Shown: piece after piece, positions 1 to 14,494 of the stretch
How positions within the stretch are numbered: the stretch's first letter is position 1
Layout of the letters: every line of letters starts with the position of its first letter
NCBI GenBank assembly: GCA_973895155.1
Contig: OZ316898.1
Coordinates: 6,497,079-6,561,078 of the forward strand
Direction: 5' to 3'
DNA length: 64,000 bases
Source of the DNA: Marsupella aquatica
Lineage: Eukaryota > Plantae > Marchantiophyta
The notes under the pieces: model-generated
The model's database searches: none
The model's input: the letters and a program-made list of their open reading frames with translations, nothing else
Told to the model about the DNA's origin: nothing
Translations under genes and position numbers: made by a program

Positions 1-3000
1 ACTATCTTTTGCGAGACTAGCCTTTTGTTCAGCTTGTAATGAAGCCATTCCTGCAGCTTCTGCCGCTTCTTGTGCCTCCTTTGCAGCCTTGCAAACTTCA
101 TCCAGCCTCTTGGACACTGTAACACTAGCTTTATCTTTTACAAGTTGTTTTGCCAACATGTCGCCACCTAAAGCATCTAGTCCCTGCTCAGTCTCAACTT
201 CAGCTAGCTTGGCACACCACAACTTATGAGCTACATCATTAGCAAGCTTCTTGGCGTTTTCTGCATTTACCAATGCCTCGGAAGCCACACCCAGTGCCTC
301 CAATCCTGCCTGGGCTGCTACTTTAGCTGCTTGTGTTTTGGACCATCCATCTAAAAACTTACCAGCAAGACGAATCGGCTCGACAGTGTCAATCATTGTT
401 TTCCCATCTTGTTCTAGCTGTGCGATTGGGAAGACGTTCAGAATGTTTCCTAAGTATTGGCTAAGACGGGGCCAAATTTCTAGTCCTGCAATGATCTTCG
501 GACGCACGACCTCCAACTCCTCCACTGGTACTAGTCGCTGAACAAGCCCTCTGAAAATACCCACGGAGAAAGCAACCGACAAGTATTAGAATTATTTTAG
601 TTTTCCAGTGAATGACGTTACATTTGTTTACCCCGTAACATGTACTTGTGTACTTCAAGCATTCGATGAGCTGGTCCTGCATTTCAATCCAGCGAAATTG
701 TATTCATCAGAGCATTGACTTTCATGAAGGGCGTTTCGGCTACTACTAATTCCTTTTTCCGGACTTTGCCTTGCATATTCTTGTGAGCACGTTAGGAGGC
801 TTACTTTTCTTTTGGATTACTCTTCATGGTAGGGGGTGGATCATAATCTACGTGGTATAGTCGGCCAGTCTTTTCATCCATAACTTTTCCCATTGCCCGT
901 CTTAAACATTCATTCTCATCAAGACCTTGCAGTTGGAAATATCCATCAAGCCCGGATCTCAGCTTCATCATCTGTCCATGAAGTCAAGGTCATCTTTCCG
1001 TCTGACATGCATGGACTCTCCCTTCAAAGCAATGCTAGAAATATCTATTTCTGAAAAAAGAGCCTCTCTAGACATGGTTTCCGAAAGAGATTGCAATCCA
1101 CATCGAGCAAAAAATTAAAACCTTGAGGCTTATAAGTCAAAAACACTGCAGCACATAACTGTAACGTTCATTTGCATTATCCACATGATACTCACGTACA
1201 AGCTTAGGAGGAGGGGCGATTCTGGAAGCCGCGGCTTGATGATTTTGGATATGGTCCAGATCAATTCCTGATAACCTCCACTCTAACGCCTTTGCTTCTC
1301 CAAAATTTGTTGGAAACCCGTCCAAGATGAATCCAAACACCTTGACCTCTTGGTCATCCCTCTCAGACTTGGATATAGGTTTTACTCTTGGAGAAGAAGT
1401 TGGTGATTTTCCTTTTTGAGAGGTAGGGGTACCTGCCTAAATTTTTGGGCTTAGGAGGTATTGCATGCACTACACCATGTGTGTTACCTTGTGGTAGATG
1501 TATTTCTAGCCAAGAGCCGAAAAGAAAGTACCGAACAGCATCATTCTGAGGTTACAGTTCATGTCAATGACAGGTCATCTGATTCGAACATCTAAAATAG
1601 CATGTAGCCAAAGAGGAATATCATCTAGGGTGAAGAGTAGTCATTGTGACCCTTGTGACTTACCTTTATTGATGGCAGCTTTGGGATTCTTTTTTGCAGC
1701 AGACCCTCCTTTGCCTCCTGGTAAGATAAAGAGTAGGACGTGTGACTGTCAGCATCTGTTCAAATTGCTATGAAGGTTAAGGGTCTAAAGTTCAGTTATA
1801 ATTTGAAGAACGAAATAAATGATACGATTAATTTAAGTGATTACATATTTTGCATGCGCCTGTGGCAAAGAAATCCTTTAGCTTAACAAATGCCCAACAG
1901 AGAAATGTTTCGGAGTTCAGAGTCTTTAGGTTCTCACCCTTCTTAGTATCGCCCTTCTGTAAAATATCTGGTTGGGCAGGGTGTGCATCAGCTGGCTCCC
2001 GTACAAGGGGAATTGCAAGTGATGACAGACAGAAGAAGTATCAGATTCTCCGCCTACAGGTTCAAACTTGAAGAGATTTGCGCAAGAGGGGAACGCAAAG
2101 TTGTCAAAGGACCATGGCTGTTCCAAACATCAAAGTAACCAGGATACAAACTCTTCTAGTAGACACAGAAAAATCGCCCGTGGCTGAAAATCGTTTCGAC
2201 TAGTGCACACGACTCACCATATTCTTGAAGACTGGATAAAGTCTGCAGAACCAATTCTGCCAAAGCCTCTCCAGGGGCCTACAAAGAGAGAGTAGGAATT
2301 ACGAACTGCAGGATTGTGGTGAAGTTACATTTTATCGATATCGCATATAAACTTTTCCCCATGGGTAGACAGCCAATCTTACTTTAAGCTTCTAAAGTGG
2401 AATCAGAGTGTAATCAGAGTTCTGTTTACTTCTATGCAAAATGGCCCCACCTGCAAGCCTTCTGCCAGAGCAAGTTTAATCTCCATACCACAACGTGCTA
2501 CTGGTGTCAGATAGGCTAAAGGGTGGGGTGGCTCTGGAGGTGGTCCAAATGTTGGTGGTTCTAGCACTGGCTCCGGTGGAGCCTCAGTAGGAATGTCTTT
2601 CTCTTTCTTCTTGGCCTTATCTGGTTTCTTCTTCTCTCCACCCTTCTGTGACTTCTTTGATTCCTTAAGATCACCCTTGCCCTTCTCATCCTTTGTGGCA
2701 GCGTTGACATCCTTCCCCTTTTCTTTCTCTACAACCTTCCCTTTTTCTGTCTTAAATTCCTTGCCTTTCTCAGATGTATAGTCTGCCTTTAGATCAGCCT
2801 CTACATTCTCAAATTGTGGTGACCCTGGTGAGCCAACTTCTGCCCTACTTTTTGACCTTAAGTAAATCCCTTTTAACCCCAGAGCTTCCTGCTTAAGATC
2901 AAATTCTAACTTCTGTTTTTCTTCTAAAATTCTCTGAGCTTCGGCCTCCTCCCTCTTCTTTTCCTCTTCTGCCAACTTTGCTTTGTGAATCTTCTCCTCT

Positions 3001-6000
3001 GCACTGGTTAAACTTGATTTCTCATTAGAAGGTAGAGATCAGTTTTTGAAGGCAATGCCAAGTACCTCCATGTTTGTACTGCAGCTTCCCGTTCTTTGGT
3101 TACAGTTAATTCAAAAGCAGGACCTTCTGTTTCTTCTAATAATGGGATAGGTACTAAAGACTTAGCACAAAGCTTGCATGCAAAACTTACCAACATCCGC
3201 AAGAGCTAGAGCAGCAGTAACTACATTCTGCATCTCAATTCTTACGCACTCAAAGTCATTCTCCACTTTTCTAGCAACGGTGGTCTTCCCTATCCATCCA
3301 GAACAAGCAACAATAGCTATTAGAATCATAATTGAAGATTGAGGATAGGGAGGGGAACTACGGAGACACAAACCAAAAAGAAAGCTTATGTTGTCAAACG
3401 CCGGCTTTTTTTGCATATTCTTGCGGCACATTACCTTTCTACACGTTTCAGGGTCTGTGACGCAAAACGTAATGAAAAGGGTGCAAGAACTGCCATTTTC
3501 TGTACACAGGCATCGATCTAGAGGGAAAATGACCTAGAAGTTAAGGACAGGAGGTCAACGCCAAATAAAATGAAGGATGAAACAGAATACTTTCAATTAA
3601 GATTTTAACTGACCTGCAAATGGAGTACCAACAACTGCGATTTTGAGCTTAAACTGTGTGAGATTGGGCAACGCTGGTGGCTTCGGAGGGCTGTCTGCAA
3701 CATCATGTACCTCAGCCAGAATCAAGCCTAGCTCTTTGTTCTTGCCTATCACATGGGCACCTTGCCATTCTCCTTGCTCCTCAAGATACTCATCCACAAC
3801 AGCCTGCCAATGCATCTCGATTTAGCAAAGAAAGAGCCTTGAACTATTGTGTCCTGGAAGATATTTCTATCCTCTCTAGGAAGTTCTCTACTTCAATTGA
3901 AGATAAGATATGAGTCTCCACAAAATAACCGGAAACAAATAAATCATTTCATATTTTATGGATTGATTCAGGAGCCTGATCCATGACAAGCAATGTCCTT
4001 TGGTATGAAATTGGAGACAACCTTGTGGGATAGAAAGGGCAATCAAATAATGGGATACTGAAACGGAAAGCCGAGCTAGTACTCAACAATACCTAATGCA
4101 ATATAGAGAGAGATTGACCACCACATATGAGCAGGTTCCTGAATCTAACAATCGTGACACTGTTACGAGCATTCACGAGCTCTTCATTGATGTTCATATT
4201 TTGAAGCTCATGTGCACCCCCCAGCAATCAATTCAGCAATGAAATTGTTGCAGTAGACAATCACCTTGGCAAAGATTGAATTTGGATCGGCAGTTGGCTG
4301 CTCATTGGTTATCACATTACCAAAGATTGGACAGGGAAGAATCACTCCTTGGACAAATATTGTCTTCCACCCACGCCAATTTGTTGCAGATATTTCACTG
4401 TTGAACTCGGCTTTGTAATCAATTCGAATTTCCATCATGGTGACTATCTGGTTTCAGACAAATCATAAAAACAGGACAACTGAAATAAGCAAACATTTGT
4501 AGAAATCCTATATTGCAAGACCTTGGAGGCAATCAGCAAAGACATAAGAAGATCCGAAATGAATTGCACCTTAAAAATGGCAGATACCGTATAACGGATA
4601 TGAGGGGTCATACACTTAAAACAAATTCAGTCCCCAAACACTAATTAAGACAAATGCAATGTTCTTTGGATCTGGGATGTACTGGCAGCCAAAAATGTAC
4701 AATTCTAGGACCTACATAGAAGAGGAGAAAAGGTACCTGCAACATAATCTCTGTGCACAAAGTAAATCTTTTAGCCTTTCTATCTTCCTCCTTCTTTTTC
4801 CTCACTGCCTGGATAGAGAACATGGATATCAAATCTTGTTGGGATAAGGGAAAAGAACTTTTAGAAGATTTACAAGACTTGAAACCAGTGTAACTGATCC
4901 AACTAAAAGCAGTGTCATGTGGTGGAATATGATGGAGATTCCTTACTATCAAGACAAGTGAATTTTTGCTTGGATTCAGATGATTGGCCGAGAGTTTTGC
5001 GTATTGTGATTACGGCAGTCTATAAGCAGTTTCCAGAAAATGCTAACACTGTATAAATTCTCCTGATTATTCTCGGACATTTGCACAAAACCTGTTTTCC
5101 AAACGAAGTTCAGTCTCCAGAGAGCATCCTGTGCAGTGACTAGTGTCAATGTGGCGGGTAGCCTTTTCTGGAGTATCTTCAGCAATTTATATGACTGTGT
5201 ACTCTGTACCCGTACACAGCCTAGCAATCCATTTAGCATTTCCCACATGCCTGGAAGGGGTATTAAGAGGCAGAAATAAGGACCTCCCATAGAAGCCATT
5301 CCTGATAGACTTCATCCAAACAATCCTCCCTCATCATAGATAACAACTCATGATCTCGATTGGTCGCTTCATCCCACTCGGCTTGTCTTTCCTCCATAAG
5401 TGCTCTTGCCATTTGCATCCTGTAGTCCACCTTCTTTTGTTCCTCTTCTTCAGCAATGCGTTGTTCCTCTTTTTTCCTCAAAGCCTCCTCCCCCTGCTCT
5501 CTTTCCCAATGTAAATCCTGGACCTTCTTCTCTTCAATTGCATTCTTGAGCAGCCGTTCGGCCTCCTCTTTCTCTAACCTCTCCTGGCATGGCCAAAAGA
5601 TTGCATATTATCTAAACGAATTGCATCAATGAGTCAGACAAATGTTCCTGGTTTAAATGGTGAACGCTAGTTGATCTAGGTACGGAACCAGCTCAAAATC
5701 CCTTCGTGATGCCCTTTTAGGACAGGACACCTCGGAACAAACCTGGGAAGGCTACATGGCTGCATGGCTTAAAGAACTCCAAGAAGCTTCTCCTTTTGAA
5801 AATTTTTTCGGCCAGTAAATGCACACAACTATAGAAATATCCATCCTTCAGACTAACTTGTCTTAGATTCTTTTTATATCCTCAGACAGCAGGGCAATTT
5901 GAGCACTTTCCAGTCTCTCAAGCAAACTCAAATATTTGTGCGAGATTAAATTTCGATGTGAGAATTAAAATTTTATAGGAATCTGCATCGGACAATCTCC

Positions 6001-8848
6001 TAGGAGCAAGCGAATACGTAAATTGTAGCCTAAACGTCGCTAAGGGTAGCGCTTGGCTTTATTTTATTCTCTTCGTTAAATTATAGCGCAATGGCCACTT
6101 TTGTTACACCTACCTCTTGCTCCAGTTTAAGTTTGTGACTAATAAATAAAACTGTAAATCAGGAAAGACATACTCTTCTCTCAAGCTGCTGGGCCTCAAA
6201 CTTCTCCTGAAGTTCTTTCGATTTTCGAACCTTCACATCTTGAATGTATGCCAGGGCTTGCTGAAAAATGAGCACACAGGTCAAATAGATTAGCCAGAGA
6301 TGAAGAGAGACAAAGAGCTACTTGAAAGCTAATTCCAAACAGTTGGTGGCAGCAAGCCGACTGAAGACCGTCCATGGGATGAGTGAAATCACGCAAATAT
6401 TGACAGCCTGAGTCAAATTGAAAGGGCCTCATCATTACAGTTCGGACGATAGGAAAGTCTTGATTAAGACCTTGTAAGCCGTCATACACAGTATTTATAG
6501 TATTCTCTGATTCTGATGATGTGGATACACTACGAACTTTGGCCTCATCAGATGCTCTTTGCCACTTTGCAGGACAGAAAGGATCCAAGAGAGAGAGAGA
6601 TAAGCATAGCTGTACGAAAAGTTTACCTTCCCCCAAAGAAGAGGATCTGGTAAGTCGTTGGGATCCGCTTCCACTTTTTGAGGAAGATTCTTGTGCAATT
6701 TTGCCCCCTTCGCAACTTTTGAATCCTTTGGCTTTGGAACGGGACCTGGCGGTGCTTTTTTTTCTTTGCTCCCTTTCGCCCCTTTGCCTTTCTCCTTCGC
6801 TGGTTCAATTTCCTCCACTTGTTCATGCTTCAGATCCCATTTGTCAAGTTCTTTCTGTGTCTCCAACCACTCCTCACGATTTTTATTTGAAGTTCTTGTA
6901 GCAGCCTGTAGTCCCAGGCCACGAGGCAGAAGAGTACTCTCGATGTAAGCCCTCTACAGAATGCCTAATCACCAAAAACGCTTTCGGCAACCATATGACA
7001 TAGGCCTCTACTCGCGAATGAACAAAATAGTCCCCTCCATAAAGACTCTGCAAAGACTTATCAGAAAGCAGACAGAACGTCAACCCATGTCCTTTCTCCC
7101 CTAGAGATTCCCAACTTCAATTCAACGATCCTCTTTAGAAGACGTGGAGCTACCAATTTTAACCTTGTACGAAATGACAAACAGACTGTAGAAGGCGAGG
7201 TACTAAGTGAGACTTGAATCATTGTCTCCCTAGTACATGATCAATTACGATCTTTCCAGGTCGAACAGAAACGCCCAGGTTTTGTAGTTCACTGGTGATT
7301 CTACACGCGTAATGTCTCAAGTAGGTTACTGATCCCTCTTGTAGTCAATGGTTATACCTTTTCGACAGGATATTGATATGTCAACTCATCTGTATTGGCC
7401 ATAAATTGCCATGATGTCTGCAATAACAAAATTTATATTCTATGTCAGTAGTGAAAGTCTTGCAGCTTGGATATCACCAGGCAATATGTTCGAAATTCAC
7501 AGCAAAGCAGACCACCAACTATTGCGCTTAAGCCTGTCAATTAAGGTGGATCAATGCTAATAGAACTTTGTCAAGGAAGGTAGGGTTTTAGATGCACCCG
7601 CAAAGCTTCATGTATAGCTTTGGCGTACTCGTCCTTGAGCCGCTTGGCATGTAGTTTTCTGTGATAGTCCTGAAATTTAGCAATCGCCACACTCAAGTTT
7701 GATCAAACTCTATACACAATTCCATGCGAAGGCTAAGCTACAATGAATAGCAAATATCAGGACAGACGATAGGGTCTTTGAGGACAGGTGTTGTTTAGTC
7801 AAAATGAAAACGAGGGAAATTATCCAGCTGAACATTTGGACCCGAGAAGGTGTGTCGAGTTACTCATAGGAAACGAATGGAACTCTTTAATACCAAGAAG
7901 GTATCCTGGTAGTTCCTATAGTGCTAACACAGATCCAAAGTTTAGCTTAGTCTGATGTTCAAAGCTGTGATATCGTTCTACCTAGCGGTGTCAGGGGCAT
8001 GAAACCTTTATAGGTGAAGTCAATACTTGATTCTCCTAGACTTGAAGATTAGTTTTGCCCTTGACTGAACTTGTCCAAAGATATTATGGTAGTACTGAAT
8101 TTCAATAGCATGCCCCTTAGCTCTATCTAGCAGAAACTGGCTCTAATCATGCCTTCTCGTTCTTGATGTATAGAATCTTGAAACTGAAGAACTAGAGCTA
8201 AATGACTCCTTTTGACTAAACCTCAATGGCTATCTGATGATGCTCCAGTCATGCAAATCAGACTCACATCATATGCCTTCCTTCTCCTCGTCAATCGAAA
8301 GAACTTTTCCCGCACAAATACTGATTTAAAATAACGCTCGCGAGCAGCTTCCTGTGTTGTGGAAAAGATGACCAGAGCCTCATTAGACCTTGACCCCTCC
8401 TCCGCGATGCAGAATTTGACAAAACAAAAACAGCGGGCTGCCATTCTACCTAGTTCCTACGCTACCATGGGACTTCAATTGAGTACAAGGCATCATCTAA
8501 ACGAGAAATGTTTGACGAAACCATGTCAACAGAGTGGCAGTCTACCTGGTGACTTCAACAAACGGACTCAAAAGTAAGAGAAGGCTACGTAGACACTTGG
8601 GATTTCGTTTCCCGACGGAGTGATAACGACTGAAGAAGCAAGCAATGACGTCAATAGATGGCACAACTATTGTGTTGCTGAGCTGAAAGGAAGAAACGTA
8701 CGGCGCGCTCTGCTTCAGTCTGGAATCTCGCAAGGAGATAGTCTTCGTCTTTCTGCTTGTTTGTTCGCTGATTCCAGGGGTACGGTCCTCGCGGCTTACC
8801 GGACCAAATTGTCGACGGCATTGTGCTTTCTTGCCTCCGTCCGCACAC
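1..8848 (-). CDS. SPEF2: Sperm flagellar protein 2 / CPC1-like, multi-exon; 3' end runs off the window, 5' end uncertain
   Basis: GT-AG bounded exons give SPEF2-like blocks in the expected order: coiled-coil E/K/R exons (5290-6260); RFTLCTEIMLQ|IVTMMEIRIDYK; NWRGWKTIFVQG; VVDEYLEEQGEW; an adenylate-kinase-like P-loop split by an intron (KIAVVGTPFA-G|KTTVARKV, about 3615 and 3290); FGFILDGFPTNFGEAKALEWRLSG (about 1260-1340); GRLYHVDYDPPP (about 830-870). The exon at 1-550 is still open at base 1. Confidence 0.85.
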
Positions 8849-9094
8849 TTAAACTTTCAAACAGCTCCCAGATTCCGCATGGCTCCCTTCGGCTTGATTC
8901 CTTGGTTTGCTTTCGCGGCAAGAGAAGCCTCGAACAGACAGTTTAATGCCACCCGACCTCTGGTAGGATTCTCTGCGTTACCGTAGCCTTGCCTGAGGAT
9001 TAACGATCTCCATGCAGCTGAGCATTTTAGAGGAGTAGTTATCAGGACTATAAAAGCTCTTCAATGCATAGAGATTTCATTCTCACAGAACAGG

Positions 9095-9579
9095 CTAGAA
9101 TTGTTGTTGACGTCTGTTCGCTCTTCGGAAAGCAGCTTTTAATTTGTTATGAGCCCAAACGCTTGATTCAATAAGCTCTTGCCAATATCCACGAATAGAC
9201 ATGATCTCTGGCATCAAACTTTCAAGAATTCTTAACGATGTCCGGACGCCTTTTTCCCGAATTCTAGATAAACTCTACCGGCAACATCAGGAGGAAAAGC
9301 CAGAACTGATGAATACTACAGTTGTGATCGACGGACCAATCAAGTCAGTAAACTAATAGCCGCCTTGACAAACGCCTCCAAAAAATCCGTTTCTGAACAG
9401 AAAAGTACGAAAGCCCCAGTGAACTCCTCCCTATACTTGTGAGCTACCTGCAAGTCCACATATATTTCTTCCTCATCCAGGCAATTCAAGAAGGCTGAAG
9501 ATTCTACACAAAATCCCCTTCTATTAACAGTCCCGCTAGATTCCTGATGTATGCTTTCGATCACACATGAGCGACTTGC
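9095..9579 (-). CDS. Possible small spliced ORF of unknown function, or upstream exons of the SPEF2-like locus
   Basis: An exon ending ...[12 protein letters not shown]|gtagct (about 9448) joins in phase 0 to tag|[59 protein letters not shown] (about 9275-9095). No start codon or homology was identified. Confidence 0.3.
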
Positions 9580-11263
9580 CTGCGATCGACGTTTCTAGTC
9601 TCCAGTTTCTTGCACCGAGTTCGTGTAAAGAACACCGATGCAATCTATCCTCGAGCAACAGTTTCCTTATGGGTCCCCTTGCCACAACGTCAGGACTTCG
9701 CTAGTTTTGGTGCTTTGAATGGTCCTCAAGGATTCCGAACCATTCTATCCCCTGAGAATTCTTTTTGCTCAGCCCAATCCAATTTTCTTGACTTCTTCAG
9801 TTATCTTGCACCGAATTCTCCTCGAGGATTTCAAATCCTCTTTCCATTGTATTTTGGTGTGGGCGGAACCCTAGCAACATTCCGCATCAGATGTTTAGCT
9901 CTCATTCTTGCCTCAGAAGTTATCTAATAAATTGCGGTTGCAACAGAGACAGATGCTGGTGTAAAGATAGATGCAACACGACTGCCGAGAACGAAGGTAC
10001 GATGTCTCTTATGTCGATACTTTGTGTCTGATGAAGGAAATCAAACTGTACACTATTTTGTCGCAATGCGACAGAGAATTCGCAACTGAATTTCCTGAAC
10101 CCTATCCGTCAGCCAACTCGTAAAGTACATCCACGACAGATGCCAAAACGGACTTCAAGCTCCCTCCTCACTTAGCGGGGCAATATCGGTTGCGTTTGGT
10201 TTCTCATCGATCGATAAAATTTCTTTCCGCGGCCAAAAGCACCGTACACTAGTTGCAAACGAGAGTTTTCCAGCGAATTCGTTTAAAGACGATGCTTATC
10301 TAATTTGCAAAGAATTCGACACATCCGTCTGTACATCGGATATGAATTTCAGAGACTTGTCGCCATGTGAGAAATACTCACAATATGAAGTTATATATAG
10401 AAGATTTCAAGCCAGCATTGCACTCTCTTGCGCTTGAAAGCGAGGCAAGAGATTGATATGTCGAGCGCGAAAAGGAGAGCAAGGGGATTCTGTTGGGAGG
10501 ACGGGAGACGTCTCCTTTCGGTAATCACGGCTCATCGAAGGTGATGACGAGACAGATTACTCGATTGAGCTCTTCGCATTCCTCTTCTATCCATTTACGC
10601 TTAACTCCTATTTCTCTGCCTGGTATGGCAAACCCTCCCGAGATTCTTATCAAACCGAGTCAAATTATCAGCCACTGCTCTCACAACTAGTGCAAGGGAC
10701 TCATTTGGCGTACAAGGGCGACGAGTAACGGTGCATTCTTCTCACGTATGAGTACGCCAAGCACAAACCACTCACTAGACTGTTCCAAGACACAGCGACA
10801 GAAAGCAAAGCGATGCGGACTAACTTCACAAAAATCGAATACATTCGAGAATCTTTAGATATGGGTCTTCGATCTTGAATATGGACGGGTCAGATTCGTC
10901 AGGATAGAAGCACTCGAACATCACAGGTGCGCGGGGTCTACAAGCAATTGTGGCCTTTACTACAGTAGTTGTCGATACTCAGTCGAATTCTATGCTTTCC
11001 AAACCTTTCGTTCGGGCAGTCAATCTAAAAGCAAAACGTTGCAAAGGGAGTGCCATTGAATAGAAATCGAGTTCTTCTTGCTATGAAACATTTCGAACAC
11101 AAGTTGCTGAAGGGTTTCGTAAACCCTACGAAACAAACTAGTATCTCAAACCATCAAGTTTGGGTACCAGCATTCACACTTGAACCTCACCAGTGGCATG
11201 ACCGAATGTAATGTACAGTGCACTCCTTTTCCCACTGCCAACCGCCAGTGGATAATGGCTTAA

Positions 11264-12241
11264 CTAGAAAGATAAGTTCAGCTGGTTTTTGGCAAATTCC
11301 TTGATTGCAGGATCGTTGAAGATGAAGTCAGAACTTGCCGCGAGAACCGCGTTTACGGTGAGTAGAACTACGGAGGAACCCAAAATCATGGCCACCACTA
11401 CCCCAGTCGTCCCCAAAACCTTTGAGAAAACTGGCCAATCTATCAATTTCGTCTCCTCAGTCACACCTCTCCAAAAATCGGTCGTGCTGGAGGGGTCCTG
11501 ATATCCCATTGTTGTTCTTTCCTTCCTTAGCTCGCTTATGGCGGTACCGATTTCGTCAATAGAATCTGGACTATCACTAGTGTTTTCATCCTGTTTTCTT
11601 TCTGAGACCTTCGATTCTGTACTGCCAGCCTCGCTAGCAAATGCCTCAGCAGCCAATCTATCGTCCTTCTCGATGTCCTCGTCCTCAACACCGACGGAAT
11701 TCGTGGTAGTCGACGGCTGTGGTGGAGACGAGGGAATGTTCTCTACTATCCGCTTCTCCTCCTTGCGGTCACCACCAGACGCTCTCATCGCCCTCACAAC
11801 GGTCAGAGCAGATCCTAACCCTGGTCGTCTTCTTCCTCGTCCTCCTGTCACCGAAACTCTACAGCCGATAGACAATCAAATGACTTCTACTTAGAATCCT
11901 TGTGTGATGTAAATTCCAATGCCAAGATATTCACAATCCTCACACCAAAATTAAGTCGCCACTGATTTCTTGCATTCCAAGCTTAGAAGAAACTTCAACA
12001 GGGTACACAATTTTCACATGGTAGTTGCTGAAATCCAAGTCGCAACAACGACATAACAGAGGATTTACCTGAGTCCCTTTCGGCAGGCCACAGTCACATT
12101 CGCATCGAGATTCGAGCACCCCAACGATGGGCAATGCACTGTGCTGCTGCTGCAGCTGCTGCTCAGCCCAGTTGCAGCTCTCCCCTGTGCCTCTACTGAG
12201 TACGAGCACACAGAACCCCACGCGAGACTGGCTGTTGCCAT
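11264..12241 (-). CDS. SECE1: Plastid preprotein translocase subunit SecE1; join(12241..12069, 11858..11264), 255 aa
   Basis: Ser/Ala-rich transit-peptide exon MATASLAWGSVCS..., phase-2 intron CAG|GTAAAT...CTGTAG|A, and a C-terminal SecE motif FWRGVTEETKLIDWPVFSKVLGTTGVVVAMILGSSVVLLTVN with one TM helix. Confidence 0.9.
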
Positions 12242-13192
12242 TCCTCCCTCCGTCAGCTCGGTCCTCCTGTACCTCTTGCCACTCCACTCGACTCAGCTCC
12301 CTTCAACTCCACTCCGCCTTCGAATTCACCACTACGAATCCACTCCGAAACACTCATGCCATTCCGAGCTGAACCTCAACCTGAACAGCAACTGAAATAG
12401 GTCGAGCTGACAACCAGACCCCAACGTGAGGCGTCACTCGAGAGACAGGCCAAGACGAGGCAAGGATTGGACAGGACGGAAACTCCGACTGAGAGCCAAC
12501 TAGCCAACTGAAACTCGAGCTAAACCTCAAGCAAAAGCTCCAGCAGAGGCTCAAGCTCAACTTCGAGTAGAACCTCGGCAGAACGTCCAGCAGAAAACCG
12601 TGCCACACTAGATAGAGAGTCAATGCAAGGAGCTCAAATCCATCAGAAAAATCCCATTCCCGGGAAGATTACTCCAGCAAACGAAACGATATCAACCCAA
12701 AACGAGAGAGCAATCTGGAATAGATGCGCAGGACTTCCAGACAGGGTGGCGCCGCTGCCAACCTTCTCGAACGAACTTGTGGCGATGGAGCTTCTCGACG
12801 AAGATGGCTATGGTGGAGAGAAGAAGGTCGGGAGAGGAGGCAGGGAGAGGAGGCAGGGAGCGGACGGGCATTCACTCGGTAGGAGTGGCGTTGTGGTTTA
12901 ATTAACTCGTAGGAATCGCGAGACAGTATCACATCCACAACTGTTTGTTGTCAAGTGGGGCTTCATGAACAACAGAAGAGCGTACGAGGACTGTAGTCGC
13001 GAATTCGGAGTTCAATCTGGGGATATGGAGTGATGAGGAAACTCAATGAGGACGTGCGCAGAGCATAACAGTGGGGAGAAGGCGGATTGGGGGATAACAC
13101 TGTGGGGGGAACGAAGCTTTGCTTCGGCCTTTGCTTCGGGCCTTTGCTTCGGCATTATGTGGATAGAGGCTTATGAGTGGGTGGGTGTCTTA

Positions 13193-13600
13193 GGGTGGCT
13201 TTACAAGAACTTGGGGAGAGCAATTTGTTTTTTTTCTAAGTGAGATATGCAATCCTAGTGATTCATATATGGGAACTGGCCACACTTCACTTTACATGAA
13301 CTTGGGGGCACAATCAAGCAAAAGCATTACCTAACCTAGTCATCTTTCAGTGGGCCCCTTGTGGGTCCATTTTCTTTTTGCCAATGTGTGCAAGCTTTTT
13401 GGTCAAAAATTTAGACCTCCTCTTGAGGTGATCTAAAAACCTGGAGCAAAGTGACGCTTATTTTCAGGGAATTGCATTGATTACTTCCAAACCTGACACA
13501 TTTTGGCTCAGGCATTATAACTTTTGTGTAAGGAAATGGCCATCAGTTTTGCTTTGGATGGAGAGACATTGAATGGCCCCAGGGTCTTGTAAAGCCCCCC
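13193..13600. mobile_element. PIF/Harbinger (Tourist-like) MITE, 408 bp
   Basis: 16-bp TIRs GGGTGGCTTTACAAGA / TCTTGTAAAGCCCCCC (1 mismatch), flanked by TTA on both sides (13190-13192 and 13601-13603). No coding capacity. Confidence 0.8.
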
Positions 13601-14021
13601 TTAGTCAAGGTCTCTGGGTGGGAGATTAATCTGGGCACTTTTTACCCCAAATAGCCGGACTACCTGTTCTTTAAACGTGAGGAAATGTTCCCCTTATGAT
13701 TGCAGCTGACCTTTTCACAGGCGGCCTTCCTAATCCATCAACTCTCAACACATGCAGCCCCTACTCCACCGACTCTCTTCACAGGTGGCCCTATTTCAAA
13801 TACGACGCACTACTCCTAGCACTACTCCACGCCCATCCCCATTTTTCACCCCCGCCCGAAATTATTTTATTGCCCCCTAAGTCCTTGAACATAAATAGAG
13901 ACCAAAATAAAGAATCCTGTAATAGAAATGATTCCATACTATTTCTGGATCCTTTTTGCCCAATTTTTGTATTTTGTCCACTTTACATTTATGTTTTGTC
14001 CTAATTGAGAGTTATGGTCTA

Positions 14022-14494
14022 GAGGCTTCACTCAACATAGTAACCCTCAAAAATAGTTTTGCATTGTGCTTTATTAGTAAGATCTAATCTAAATATATAA
14101 TTCACAAAGGTCCACTTACATGCGAGTTGGGCCCAAATTTGAAAACGTCCCATAACACACACATGAGGATAGTAGAGAATGAGGTTGTCTCTCCTTGTCA
14201 GTTGCTTCGACACCAAGAGTCTTCTTTGATTCCTCACAAAGAGTTGTTGCAGTGATCATTGTTGCAAAACAGTTAAGCTGCTTGTACAAGGAGTTGTTGC
14301 ATTGACTCTTCTTGAGTTGCTGATGTCGTCTACACTGGGGAAGGGTTGAAAATCTCAATGACATGGAAAGCGGGCATTTCCTGCGGCTGTTGTGTGCAGA
14401 CCAGTCCTGGCTGACTGTTCTTCCTCTGATTGCATTCGTGCCAAACTTGCTATGGACTACCCAAAAACATCGCGGGCTCAATATTGAGGCCCCC
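14022..14494. mobile_element. Putative degenerate MITE of about 475 bp, related to the element at 50097-50572
   Basis: The right end, reverse-complemented (GGGGGCCTCAATATTGAGCCCGCGATGTTTTTGGGTAGT), matches 50097 GGGGGCTCAATATTGAGGCTGCAATGTTTTAGGGGCAGT and is followed by TAA. The opposite end GAGGCTTCACT is only a weak TIR. Confidence 0.35.
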